A DNA stretch of 64,000 bases from an uncultured Spirochaetota bacterium (GTDB lineage: Bacteria > Spirochaetota > Spirochaetia > SZUA-6 > Fen-1364). Both the position numbers and the translations under genes were made by a program. Positions within the stretch are counted from its first letter, which is position 1; the number at the start of each line of letters is the position of its first letter. Positions 1 through 8,945 of the stretch are shown here, one piece after another. The notes beneath the pieces are model-generated. The model was not told the DNA's origin and searched no databases. It was given only the letters and a program-made list of their open reading frames with translations. The DNA lies in assembly GCA_963781885.1 (NCBI GenBank), contig CAWAHW010000006.1:64001-128000 (forward strand), written 5' to 3'.

Positions 1-67
1 TATCAGAGACGTCGGCGGCCGATTCAGACCAAATTCTAGCCCGGAGTGCTCCAACGATTTGTTAGGC
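1..67 (-). repeat. attC site (partial, cut by window edge)
   Basis: ends with ...ggagtgctccaacgatttGTTAGGC, matching the ends of the other attC copies. Confidence 0.85.
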
Positions 68-76
68 AATTCCCGA

Positions 77-961
77 TTAATCCTCCAGCGCAAGGAACCA
101 GACAGGTCGTAGGGGAAAGAGCCTGCGCTGGTCCTCTGGGATATCCTTGTAGTGCTCAACCCAGAGGTCAAACAGCCGCCTAGAGTCAAGTAGCATCAGA
201 CGGCGCTTCTCTTGCCCTCTGGCCTCGGTTTCTGCGTCTGAAGTAAATCCAGCAGTAGTAACGAAGATGCCGATATCGTCTTCACCTAGTAGCGCCATAA
301 AAGAGCGAATTTCGGCAACGTTTATCTTGTCGGCGCGACGCTTAACTTGAACTTTGATTCGGCCCCCCTGAACACCAAGCGGGTCTTGGTGTGCGATCAC
401 GTCCACGCCTTTATCTGCTCCCGGAGGTGACACCCACGACACGTGATAGCCCATGCCTCTAAGCAAACCAGCAACAAGTTCCTGAAAGTCATATGGATTC
501 ATTGCACCGAGATGCTCCTGTATTTCAGCCCAAGCGGCTTCCTCGGATTGTTCCAAGGTGGCACTTGGGCCAGGAGATTCATTAGCATCTTCAGCGTCTT
601 GATCATCTGGTTGGCCCTTCTTCCATTGTCGATATAGTTTGGCTGCTTGTCTCATGAAGTCGGCGGGGTCCTTGTACTTGTCGTAAGCCGTTTTGCCTTC
701 CTCGGTGATCGTCCACTGCCCCTTGTTTTTTTGCATCCAGCCTGCTTTTACCGGGCCTATTGTGGAGAACCTGACTATCTTTTCGAAGCGTCGGATATCG
801 GGCCGCTGAGGATAGTAGCTCTTCTCGAACTCGGTGAGCTCCATCTCTTTGGAGAGAAGATCAAGCGCCTTGCTAGCTGGCACTCCATCTGGATTTCGCA
901 TCAGTATCTCGAACAGCTTCCGTATCAGTTCTCCGGAACGCTTGCGTGTTGTCTCAGCCAC
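77..961 (-). CDS. mrr: Mrr-family restriction endonuclease (Mrr_N winged helix + Mrr_cat), integron cassette
   Basis: FQELVAGLLRGMGY...GADKGVDVIA...IKVQVKR...GIFVTTAGFT is the Mrr (P)D-(Q)xK catalytic signature; N-terminal AGWMQKNKGQWTITEEG resembles Mrr_N. Confidence 0.88.
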   Translation of the reverse strand: MAETTRKRSGELIRKLFEILMRNPDGVPASKALDLLSKEMELTEFEKSYYPQRPDIRRFEKIVRFSTIGPVKAGWMQKNKGQWTITEEGKTAYDKYKDPADFMRQAAKLYRQWKKGQPDDQDAEDANESPGPSATLEQSEEAAWAEIQEHLGAMNPYDFQELVAGLLRGMGYHVSWVSPPGADKGVDVIAHQDPLGVQGGRIKVQVKRRADKINVAEIRSFMALLGEDDIGIFVTTAGFTSDAETEARGQEKRRLMLLDSRRLFDLWVEHYKDIPEDQRRLFPLRPVWFLALED

Positions 962-992
962 TTCTTACCTCCACCACCGTGACCTTTGAATT

Positions 993-1106
993 GCCTAACA
1001 TAGAGTTGACCAGCGCCGCCGCATCATCCAGCCTCACCCGACGATTAGGACAAAGTTGGGTCTATCCAGACAAATCCAAGGCGACTGGTCCAACGATTTG
1101 TTATGT
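993..1106 (-). repeat. attC site
   Basis: GCCTAAC...GTTATGT, 114 bp; inner inverted boxes gttgaccagcgcc / ggcgactggtccaac. Confidence 0.93.
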
Positions 1107-1128
1107 TCAGCCTGGTTCCGAATGGACC

Positions 1129-1890
1129 TCAGACGGCTGGAAGTCCACATTTAATTCGATATTCGTTGATTATCTCACGCTCCCGAGGCGGATAATTCTG
1201 CTGGCGGACTTCCCAAAGCTGCGGATTGCTCTCCGGCATGAGTAGAACGCTGCTATTGCAAGCTATGGAATCGAGCATCCGGACGATATCCGGCCTGCTA
1301 TCGCTGCCAACTGGGTGCACCACGTTAGGAGCATAGGACAGGGGGACGAACAAGTTCTCCAGGTTGAAACACAGGCAGTTGTAGATTCCGTTAAGGCTGT
1401 CTCTGATAGAATCAATTTCTGTGATATGAAGCCATTCAATTTGCGTTCGATCGAGGAGTGAGGATTGATTCAAATGGGCGATCTGGTTGTTTCTGATTCT
1501 ATCAGCCTTTTGTAGTAGCTCCCGTTGTTTCTTTTCAATTCGCGCCTTACGCAAGTGAGTTCGGTACTCCATTGCAAACTGCTCTTTAACATGCGTTGCA
1601 ATATCATTTTTGAATTTGGGGAGGCTGTAGGCTTTTGATTCATTGTCAAGCAAGAGCCGATGTGTAATTGTGATGACGACCTCCATTCCGTTTAGAATTG
1701 TCATGTAAAAGAAGACGTTCCCGTTGCCGTCTCCGAACAACCAAAAAGGGAAATTGATGACCTTGTCCAGTATAAATACCGTTGTGTTAAGTTGCACCAT
1801 CTCTGAGAAAAACGCGGTCTGCGCCATTTGGTACTGCTGGAGATAGTTGTTTTCGAGAACTTGCTCGGCTGGTAGAGGAAAGCAGTCCAT
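1129..1890 (-). CDS. Hypothetical cassette protein with HEPN-like Rx5H motif (AbiU2-like)
   Basis: ADRIRNNQIAH motif in a helical-looking protein; fills the cassette between two attC sites. Confidence 0.6.
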   Translation of the reverse strand: MDCFPLPAEQVLENNYLQQYQMAQTAFFSEMVQLNTTVFILDKVINFPFWLFGDGNGNVFFYMTILNGMEVVITITHRLLLDNESKAYSLPKFKNDIATHVKEQFAMEYRTHLRKARIEKKQRELLQKADRIRNNQIAHLNQSSLLDRTQIEWLHITEIDSIRDSLNGIYNCLCFNLENLFVPLSYAPNVVHPVGSDSRPDIVRMLDSIACNSSVLLMPESNPQLWEVRQQNYPPREREIINEYRIKCGLPAV

Positions 1891-1948
1891 GATTACATCT
1901 CCAGTTCTTGGTTGACGCCAACTTAGTCACTTACCCGTCTTTGGCTGA

Positions 1949-2062
1949 ACATAACATAGAGTTCAGCACCCGGCCCGCATCAGATTGCACTACGCCGATT
2001 TGCACCGAAAGCGGGTCTATTCAAGGAAATTCAGCCTGGAGTGCTGCAACGATTTGTTATGT
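1949..2062 (-). repeat. attC site
   Basis: ACATAAC...GTTATGT, 114 bp; gttcagcacccgg / ctggagtgctgcaac. Confidence 0.93.
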
Positions 2063-2397
2063 TCAAGGCAGAATGGACTTGTAGTCTACGCTACGCAGAA
2101 GTCAATTCCTTTGGCCAGAATTGCGTCCGTAGGTTTTGCCAAGAGCGGCGTTGCCACGGTCTGCGGGGATTGGGCAACAGGTACGGGCGCAAAGCGGAAT
2201 GCGGCTCTGTCTCCCGCTGCATCCGGACTGAACGGAAGAGAAGAAATACTTGATCGTCCAGGCTTGGGACACCGGAAAGAAAAAGTCTTTCGGACCAGAG
2301 GCCGCGATGTTTCAGAAGTCCAAATGAACCTAACCTCTTGAAGACTCTTTAACTATCCAAAGATTCTGGAAGAAGGTGAAAGTTCAATTTCCTTAGA
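2063..2397. other. ORF-less integron cassette
   Basis: bounded by near-complementary ends gttatgttcaagg / ccttagaacataac; no ATG-started minus-strand ORF over ~45 aa. Confidence 0.7.
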
Positions 2398-2512
2398 ACA
2401 TAACATAGAGTTGACCAGCGCCGCCGTGTCAACCAGCACCACCCGACGATTAGGAAAAAGTTGGGTCAATCCAGACAAATTCTCAGGCGACTGGTCCAAC
2501 GATTTGTTAGAA
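2398..2512 (-). repeat. attC site
   Basis: ACATAAC...GTTAGAA, 115 bp; very similar to 993-1106. Confidence 0.93.
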
Positions 2513-2555
2513 GGCGGACCGTAGTCCGATTGGATCTGGCCTTATTGCTTGTACG

Positions 2556-3131
2556 CTACCAAACCCAAGGTATTAGCTTCTTTGTATTCCTTCTGTATTC
2601 TGAATAGTCCGATCCTATGGACGTAACCATGGCGGCTTCTTCCACATGAATTCTGTATATGAGCGCTGCCAGTGGAAGCAAGACCGCAATCGCAAGCGAA
2701 AGCCAGTTTTGGACGGCAATGCCATATCCACAACACATAAGAATCAATCCGCTGTAGGAAGGATGTCGTATCAGTTTATAGGGGCCCTTTCTTATTACTT
2801 TCTGACTGTCATGTGTTTCAACAGTTGTGCGGAACGAAGTGCCCAATGTGGCAACAGCCCATATGCGTAGCGCTAATCCCAAAAGCATAATAAACAGACC
2901 GATCCCGAAAACAGTATCCGACCTCCCGCCTGGGAAAAAGAACATTGAAAAGCCATTTGTGAGAGCCGCTCCGGTGATACCGACAGCCATTGCAATCAGA
3001 TTGAAGTATCGAGTGCCGCGGTCGTCTTCAGTCTTGCCTCTGCCGCGGGCACGATCACGAAGCATCAGCCAGATTTCAAACGCGATCCAAATAGCCGAAA
3101 CTACTGCCAGCAAGGTAAAGAATAGGGCCAT
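2556..3131 (-). CDS. Isoprenylcysteine carboxyl methyltransferase (ICMT/STE14) family membrane protein, cassette
   Basis: GPYKLIRHPSYSG and RIHVEEAAM...GSDYSEYRRNTKKLIPWVW motifs; several hydrophobic segments. Confidence 0.9.
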   Translation of the reverse strand: MALFFTLLAVVSAIWIAFEIWLMLRDRARGRGKTEDDRGTRYFNLIAMAVGITGAALTNGFSMFFFPGGRSDTVFGIGLFIMLLGLALRIWAVATLGTSFRTTVETHDSQKVIRKGPYKLIRHPSYSGLILMCCGYGIAVQNWLSLAIAVLLPLAALIYRIHVEEAAMVTSIGSDYSEYRRNTKKLIPWVW

Positions 3132-3216
3132 TGGGTCTGCCTTTCAGCCGATCAAGAAAGTCTCAAACAGGTAGACAGAGCATACCTTTTTTGAACGAGA
3201 ATGTCTTTGGGCCGCC

Positions 3217-3331
3217 TTCTAACATAGAGTTCAGTACCCGGCCCGCATCAAAACGGCACCACACCGATTTGCACCGGCAGCGGGTCTTCCCAGATGAGTT
3301 CACGCCGGAGTACTGCAACGACTTGTTAGAC
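3217..3331 (-). repeat. attC site
   Basis: TTCTAAC...GTTAGAC, 115 bp. Confidence 0.93.
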
Positions 3332-3381
3332 CCCGATCCCTTCTATCGAGGAAAGTATCGGCATATCAGATCTTTCGTTTA

Positions 3382-4023
3382 TCAGAGTTTGATTCCAATT
3401 ATGATATTGGGAAGTACGTATAAGTTAGGGAAATGAAAAGCTGGATTCGTTTGCTCTATTTGGCTGAAGCTTGTTGGTTCATTGCTTTTGTAAATGTCGA
3501 AGCCAACAATTGCCTCTGGGCAAATGTAAAATGAGAGCATTCCGAGCTTGAAGTCTATCTGATAACCAAGATGGATTTCATTCCAGATTTCAAAACTATT
3601 GGCAGAAATGCTGGCATTGTTGTCAGTGTAATGAGCGATTCCTGGGAGTAGAATGTATTCGGCGTACAGGCCAGCCCATAGATGGCGCTTGTAGCCTAAG
3701 ATTGGCGAAAGAAGCAGATAGCTTCCGGGATAAGCGCCTCCGAAAAGGGCATTTGTTCCATAGAGAGAATAGAAGCCGGTAACGAGCTGATCTTGCGGCG
3801 TTAGCTGAAAAAGATACCTAAGAAAGTAGATGCCAAAGAACGGATCTATTGCGCTAGTCTCAATGGCATTCCGGAGTGGGACTACCGGGGTTGTTTGCAT
3901 TGCCTGTTGGTCTGCAAGTGAAGCGATGCACCGGGCGGAGAAAGAAAGGGGCTCCGCGCCGATAAAAATCACTTGAAGAAGGAAAGTGATAATCAGAAGC
4001 GGAAGCATTTTGCGCACCTTCAA
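3382..4023 (-). CDS. Hypothetical exported protein, possible outer-membrane beta-barrel, cassette
   Basis: N-terminal signal-like stretch; alternating aromatic/hydrophobic strands (IHLGYQIDF, IIIGIKL C-terminus). Confidence 0.6.
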   Translation of the reverse strand: MKVRKMLPLLIITFLLQVIFIGAEPLSFSARCIASLADQQAMQTTPVVPLRNAIETSAIDPFFGIYFLRYLFQLTPQDQLVTGFYSLYGTNALFGGAYPGSYLLLSPILGYKRHLWAGLYAEYILLPGIAHYTDNNASISANSFEIWNEIHLGYQIDFKLGMLSFYICPEAIVGFDIYKSNEPTSFSQIEQTNPAFHFPNLYVLPNIIIGIKL

Positions 4024-4125
4024 GAACCTCCAGTGGTCGTTTCGGCAAACACATTTCTGAAGTTCGGAGATAGTACTGCGGAAAGGTCATGTAATTCCAC
4101 TGGCCGAATGCCAAAATCTATCGGG

Positions 4126-4240
4126 GTCTAACATGGAGTTGAGCACCCGGCCCGCATCAGACAAAAATCACAACGATTTGCTCCGGAAGCGGGTCTAATG
4201 GAGCAAATTCAGCCTGGAGTGCTCCAACGATTTGTTAAAC
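4126..4240 (-). repeat. attC site
   Basis: GTCTAAC...GTTAAAC, 115 bp. Confidence 0.93.
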
Positions 4241-4490
4241 GGCTCCTGATACCCTTGGCACAAATCTGCTGGAATCCCAGAACGCCATGCCGTGTGATCC
4301 CTTGTCGGCTTCGTGCTGCTCAAATCCTGTTGTTGTTGATAGAGCTTTGCCGCATTCGACCAAGAAGCTAAGGTATCGCGACTTGCCCCCAGCTTCCTTA
4401 AGCCTAGGTTGGGATGTTCTGCTATCTGTTGCAAGGCTTGGCGCCTACATCTGTGTTGCCCTCGGTCCGGAGAATCCGTTCACGTTCAAA

Positions 4491-4724
4491 TCACTTCTTC
4501 TCAAGTAGCTTGTTTAGAAATGATACGTCATTTTCTAGTTGAAGCATCTTTTCGTTCTTGTCATTAATCAGTAGTTCCAGATGTGCTACCTTTTTCTCCA
4601 TTTCGTCAACTTTCAATTTTGTCTCGTTGTCCAACCTATTTCTTCTTTTTGTAAGAAAGTCAAAACCTGAGGCAAAAACCGTCATTAGAACAACTCCGCC
4701 GACTATGATGAATGCAAGGCCCAT
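4491..4724 (-). CDS. Small membrane-anchored coiled-coil protein, first cassette
   Basis: AAGGAG RBS before MGLAFIIVGG; one TM followed by heptad-rich tail. Confidence 0.7.
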   Translation of the reverse strand: MGLAFIIVGGVVLMTVFASGFDFLTKRRNRLDNETKLKVDEMEKKVAHLELLINDKNEKMLQLENDVSFLNKLLEKK

Positions 4725-4948
4725 ATAGTTCTCCTTTGCCGTGAACCGACTAGAAGCACTATTCACGCTACCAAAGAAAAGAAGCTAATTCCGGTTGCTT
4801 AGCTTTGACGATTCGCTAAAGACGGTTGCAGAAATGGAGTAGCATGTTTGCTTCACCATGGCAATATCCGAAAACAACACAAAGCCGCATTTAGACTACC
4901 AAGATGCGTTCGATGTCAACGAGTCGCCTTTTTCGGGAATTTGGAGCC

Positions 4949-4975
4949 GCTTAACAATATATTAGAGCGTTTTGG
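4949..4975 (-). other. attI site
   Basis: minus strand ...aacgctctaatatattGTTAAGC core (GTTRRRY); ggagccgcttaac pairs with first-cassette end gttaaacggctcc; no attC body follows. Confidence 0.8.
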
Positions 4976-5106
4976 CGGATAATAAGACGATTGGCGCGTC
5001 TCTTCGATCGGGCGCCATGCAGTTGGCGGCGATTATCTGCAAGCAAAAATAATCTGTCGCGCGTATGGTTATGCGGTCGTTATCTTCATCGGCCAGGAGA
5101 TACATT

Positions 5107-6444
5107 ATGAAGCCATTCTTTGACTTTCTCAGGGAAAAGGGGAGAGTCGGCGAGCGCGAGCGTCCATTTTACCAGCGTTGGGTTGACACATACATCCGGC
5201 AGGCGAAGCGGGATACAGTTGACGCAGCGTCCTTGAAAGCGTTCATCGCCGAGGTGGAGACGACCCATGAGGACTGGCAGGTCGCGCAGGCAAGGCATGC
5301 GCTGCAGTTGTACTGCTACTACCGGGCGCATTTCTGCGGAGCAAAGAATCCGCATGGGCAGAACCCGGCGGAAACAACGGGGACGGCGGCAGGCGATTGC
5401 GCGCGCAGTGGCGAAGCAGGTGAGAGGCGTGCCCAATCGCCGGGGTCTTCGCGAAATTCACTGAGCTGGAATGACGCAAAGGACTCCATGGTACAGGCGA
5501 TGCGGCTGCGCCATCTCTCATTGCGCACGGAAAGCAGCTACATGGACTGGGTCGTTCAGTTTGCATTATTTATGAATGGCAAGCCGTGCGCCCGTCTCAC
5601 GGAAGACGATCTGAAATGCTTCCTTTCATACCTTGCGGTTGAGAAGAAGGTCGCCGCGGCAACGCAGAAGTTGGCGTTCAATGCGCTCCTGTTTTTCTAT
5701 AGAAACATACTTGCCGTTGAGATCAGCGGCTTGAATACCGTGGTGCCGTCGCACGTTCCCCGGAGGCTCCCCGTGGTGCTGGCAACGGAAGAGGTCGCCA
5801 GGGTGTTATCGCACATGGAGGGTTCCTGTCGGCTCATGGCGACCCTCATTTATGGCGGGGGCCTTCGGCTGAGCGAATGCCTTTCGTTGCGGGTCAAAGA
5901 CATCGATTTCGCGAGAAACTGCTTGACGATCCGGGGGGGCAAAGGGGACAAGGACCGGGAAACGGTGCTGCCGGAGAGGATCATCATGGGACTCACGCAA
6001 CACCTCATGCGGGTCAGGGCGCTCTACAATCAGGATCGGGAAAGATCCCTGGAAGGGGTCGCGATTCCCGGGGCCCTGGACAGGAAATACACGGGTGCGA
6101 GCAGGGAGTGGGGCTGGTATTGGGTGTTCCCTTCGCCAGTGCTCAGCATGGATCCCGTGGCGCATGTCGTTCGCCGGTTTCACGTCTACCCGACGACCCT
6201 GCAAAGCGCGTTCCGAAAGGCGGTCCGGGAAGCAGGCATTCTCAAACGGGCGAGCGTGCACACGCTTCGGCACAGTTTTGCCACTCATTTGATCGAAAGG
6301 GGATACGACATAAGGACTGTTCAGGAGCTCCTGGGCCATACGGATGTCTCCACGACGATGATCTACACGCACGTGGCAACAAGAAACAAGCTTGGGGTCA
6401 GGAGTCCGATTGATGCTTTGGAGGGACACATAGCTCCATCATAG
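5107..6444 (+). CDS. intI: Integron integrase (long form with N-terminal extension)
   Basis: GLRLSECLSLRVKD, GKGDKDR, HTLRHSFATH, LGH, IYTHV catalytic set plus IntI-specific insert PGALDRKY...WGWYWVFPS; AGGAGA RBS before ATG 5107. Confidence 0.96.
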   Translation: MKPFFDFLREKGRVGERERPFYQRWVDTYIRQAKRDTVDAASLKAFIAEVETTHEDWQVAQARHALQLYCYYRAHFCGAKNPHGQNPAETTGTAAGDCARSGEAGERRAQSPGSSRNSLSWNDAKDSMVQAMRLRHLSLRTESSYMDWVVQFALFMNGKPCARLTEDDLKCFLSYLAVEKKVAAATQKLAFNALLFFYRNILAVEISGLNTVVPSHVPRRLPVVLATEEVARVLSHMEGSCRLMATLIYGGGLRLSECLSLRVKDIDFARNCLTIRGGKGDKDRETVLPERIIMGLTQHLMRVRALYNQDRERSLEGVAIPGALDRKYTGASREWGWYWVFPSPVLSMDPVAHVVRRFHVYPTTLQSAFRKAVREAGILKRASVHTLRHSFATHLIERGYDIRTVQELLGHTDVSTTMIYTHVATRNKLGVRSPIDALEGHIAPS

Positions 6445-6927
6445 TCACGAGCCTGGCCCGGAGGCTTTTTCGCAGGGCAAGACATGGAGTACAGCGAGCG
6501 CCGCCGAAACGCGCTGCTTGCCGGACGCTGTAGAAGCGGGGTATCCGGGTTGCAGGCATTCTACACTGTGATTCGGGTCTCGTAAACAAAAAAAGGGGAC
6601 CCCGCGCGAGATTGGCAAGGCACGGGGACCGCGGAAACAGGGGCGGGCCGTGGACTTCGAGGTGAGTGATAGGGCAGGTTGGAGGGGGACGAAGGATGGG
6701 TTGAAAGTCGCGAATGGAGGCAGACCGCGACCGGCCTTTCGGACGTAGCGTGCGAGGGGCAGAGTGGTATCGGGTCGCGGGGTCGGCTGTTTGGGCGGCA
6801 GGGCGAGGTGAAGGATATGCGCTGGAGGGCCAGGGCAGCGAAGCCCCCCTTGCGCGGCCGGGGGGGGAGGTAACATGCTTGGGCCACCCGCGCGCAGGCC
6901 GCGATGGAGGAAGGAGAGCACGCACCC

Positions 6928-8016
6928 ATGAGCACAGCGACTCCGCAAGGCAGCACCCCGCGGGCGCGACTCGCATTCGAAGCCGTCCGTTTCGACGATG
7001 AGACCGGCGAGCTCTGCCTCATCGACCAGACGCTTCTACCCGGGGAGATGCGGACGATACGCCTCACCGAGGCGGCGCAGGTGCGGGAAGCCATCTACGA
7101 GCTGCGGGTGCGAGGCGCGCCCGCGATCGGCATCGCAGCGGCATACGGCGCATACCTGGGCGCGTGCCGCAGCAGGGCGCGGGACGCCGCCGGTGTCGCA
7201 GGGGATTTTGCGGCGGCTTGCGCCCTGCTGCGGCACGCGCGGCCGACGGCGGTCAACCTTTCATGGGCGCTGGGGCGCATGGAGCGGCGCTTCCAGGCCG
7301 CAAAGGATCGGCCGCACGCCGAGCTGCTCGGCGCGCTGCGGCTGGAGGCGGACGCCATCCGGGCAGAGGATGAGGAGGTGTGCCGCCGCATCGGTGAGAA
7401 CGGGCTGTCGCTCCTGGAGAGGGGATGGGGGCTTCTCACGCACTGCAATGCGGGCGCCCTTGCAACGGCCCGGTATGGTACGGCGCTCGCGCCCATTTAC
7501 CTCGGGCAGGAGCACGGATACGGTTTTCGCGTCTTCGCCGACGAGACGCGCCCGCTGCTGCAGGGCGCGAGGCTCACGGCATGGGAGCTGCAGGCAGCAG
7601 GCGTCGACGTGACGGTGATCTGCGACAACATGGCCTCCGCGGTCATGAGCCGGCATCGTGTGCAGGCAGTGCTCGTGGGATGCGACAGGGTCGCGGCCAA
7701 TGGCGACACGGCGAACAAGATCGGCACCTCAGGGGTCGCGATCATCGCACGGCACTATGGTATTCCCTTCTATGTTCATGCGCCGCTTTCCACGATCGAT
7801 CCCGCCTGTCCCGACGGATCGGCCATCCCCATCGAGGAGCGGCCCGAAGCCGAGGTGACGGAGAAGTGGTACGCCCGCAGGATGGCGCCTCCCGGGGTGC
7901 GCGCATACAACCCCGCGTTCGACGTGACGCCGCACGACCTCATCAGCGCCATCGTGACGGAGCGCGGCGTGATCCGGCCGCCATTCGCTTCCGGCATCCG
8001 GGCGGTGCTCGCGTAG
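6928..8016 (+). CDS. mtnA: S-methyl-5-thioribose-1-phosphate isomerase
   Basis: LRVRGAPAIG, RPTAVNL, THCNAGALAT, DETRPLLQGARLT, NKIGT, NPAFDVTP motifs. Confidence 0.95.
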   Translation: MSTATPQGSTPRARLAFEAVRFDDETGELCLIDQTLLPGEMRTIRLTEAAQVREAIYELRVRGAPAIGIAAAYGAYLGACRSRARDAAGVAGDFAAACALLRHARPTAVNLSWALGRMERRFQAAKDRPHAELLGALRLEADAIRAEDEEVCRRIGENGLSLLERGWGLLTHCNAGALATARYGTALAPIYLGQEHGYGFRVFADETRPLLQGARLTAWELQAAGVDVTVICDNMASAVMSRHRVQAVLVGCDRVAANGDTANKIGTSGVAIIARHYGIPFYVHAPLSTIDPACPDGSAIPIEERPEAEVTEKWYARRMAPPGVRAYNPAFDVTPHDLISAIVTERGVIRPPFASGIRAVLA

Positions 8017-8093
8017 GGGCCGGCGGGCGGACCTGCGGGGCTGCAGAAGATTGCGCGCGGTGAGACGGCGGAGGACGGCGGGGTAGCGCGGGC

Positions 8094-8786
8094 TCAGGCC
8101 CACCCTTCGGCGGCGAGTGCATCGTGCAGCTCGTCCGGGTGATGCCGGCATCGATACTCGATCCTGCTCGATTCAGCGTGCGCCTTGCTGTAAGGCCATC
8201 CCGACAGCATTCGGTTTCTCTCGTGCAGCTCGTGCAGGAGGATATATCCACGCTCCTGCTCGATGATTGCGTCATCGATCCAAACTTCGTCGCCGGGCAC
8301 GAACTCGTATACCTTGTCGTGCCCACCTTCCGTGAAGTCGATGTCGAATGTGCTTCGCACGAGCCGACCGTTCACGATCCAGACGGTGATGCCGTTCTCA
8401 AGCCTCTTCCACAGCTTTTCGTGCATGGTGGTCCCGGCAGGAAGCACAGCGCCGCCACCCGTGGCCTTGCGGACGTCCCCGGCCCGCCTTCTTTCCTTCC
8501 GTTCCTGCCGATCCGCCTCGACGATGGCCTGCGCATAGGGCAGACCTCCCTTCATCAACCGATGCTCGATGAGAAGGTGGTCGATGAAAAACTGCCGCTC
8601 GTCGTGCTGGGCCTCCTGGTCGATCCACAGCTCGTCGAGTGGTATGTAGGGGAAACGAAAGTGCTGGCCGAAGTTCGTGAACTCTTCGTCAATGTGGCCG
8701 CGGATATAGCTGCCGTCGACGATCCAGATCTCGAAGATGCCGCGCTTTTCCGCCAGGGTGATATGGGGGGACGTCTGGGCTGTCAT
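8094..8786 (-). CDS. Hypothetical protein with internal domain duplication and HExxE motif
   Basis: two copies of (I/V)WIV(D/N)G..(I/V)R...D..FT..G....(I/V)P.DE(L/V)WID; second copy has LLHELHE...KAH. Confidence 0.75.
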   Translation of the reverse strand: MTAQTSPHITLAEKRGIFEIWIVDGSYIRGHIDEEFTNFGQHFRFPYIPLDELWIDQEAQHDERQFFIDHLLIEHRLMKGGLPYAQAIVEADRQERKERRRAGDVRKATGGGAVLPAGTTMHEKLWKRLENGITVWIVNGRLVRSTFDIDFTEGGHDKVYEFVPGDEVWIDDAIIEQERGYILLHELHERNRMLSGWPYSKAHAESSRIEYRCRHHPDELHDALAAEGWA

Positions 8787-8945
8787 GGCGGATAGTATAA
8801 ATGACAAGGGCGAGCCCGGCGACCCATGCCGCCCTGCCCGCCCCAGGAATCAGACGCCAGCCGTGCGCTGGCGCACATGGGACGCGGGGTTGCCCGTCAT
8901 GAAGGTGAAAGGGGGTGGAGGGGGGGGCGATGGAGAGGTTCGACG

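Larger units (their letters stand above)
1..6444. mobile_element. Integron (intI + attI + >=6 cassettes; array truncated by left edge)
   Basis: IntI-type tyrosine recombinase divergent from a tandem array of minus-strand genes separated by related attC repeats; cassette region visibly AT-richer than the rest of the window. Confidence 0.96.

Noticed and set aside
2199-2327. Possible TGA-readthrough (selenoprotein-like) ORF on the plus strand of the empty cassette
   Set aside because: No recognisable SECIS, redox motif or RBS; the evidence is too weak.
993-4240. Regularly recurring repeats read as a CRISPR array
   Set aside because: Repeats are ~115 bp, separated by gene-sized cassettes, carry RYYYAAC/GTTRRRY ends and adjoin an integrase; they are attC sites, and no cas genes are present.
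6600-6927. SAM riboswitch upstream of mtnA
   Set aside because: No SAM-I/II consensus elements could be identified by eye.
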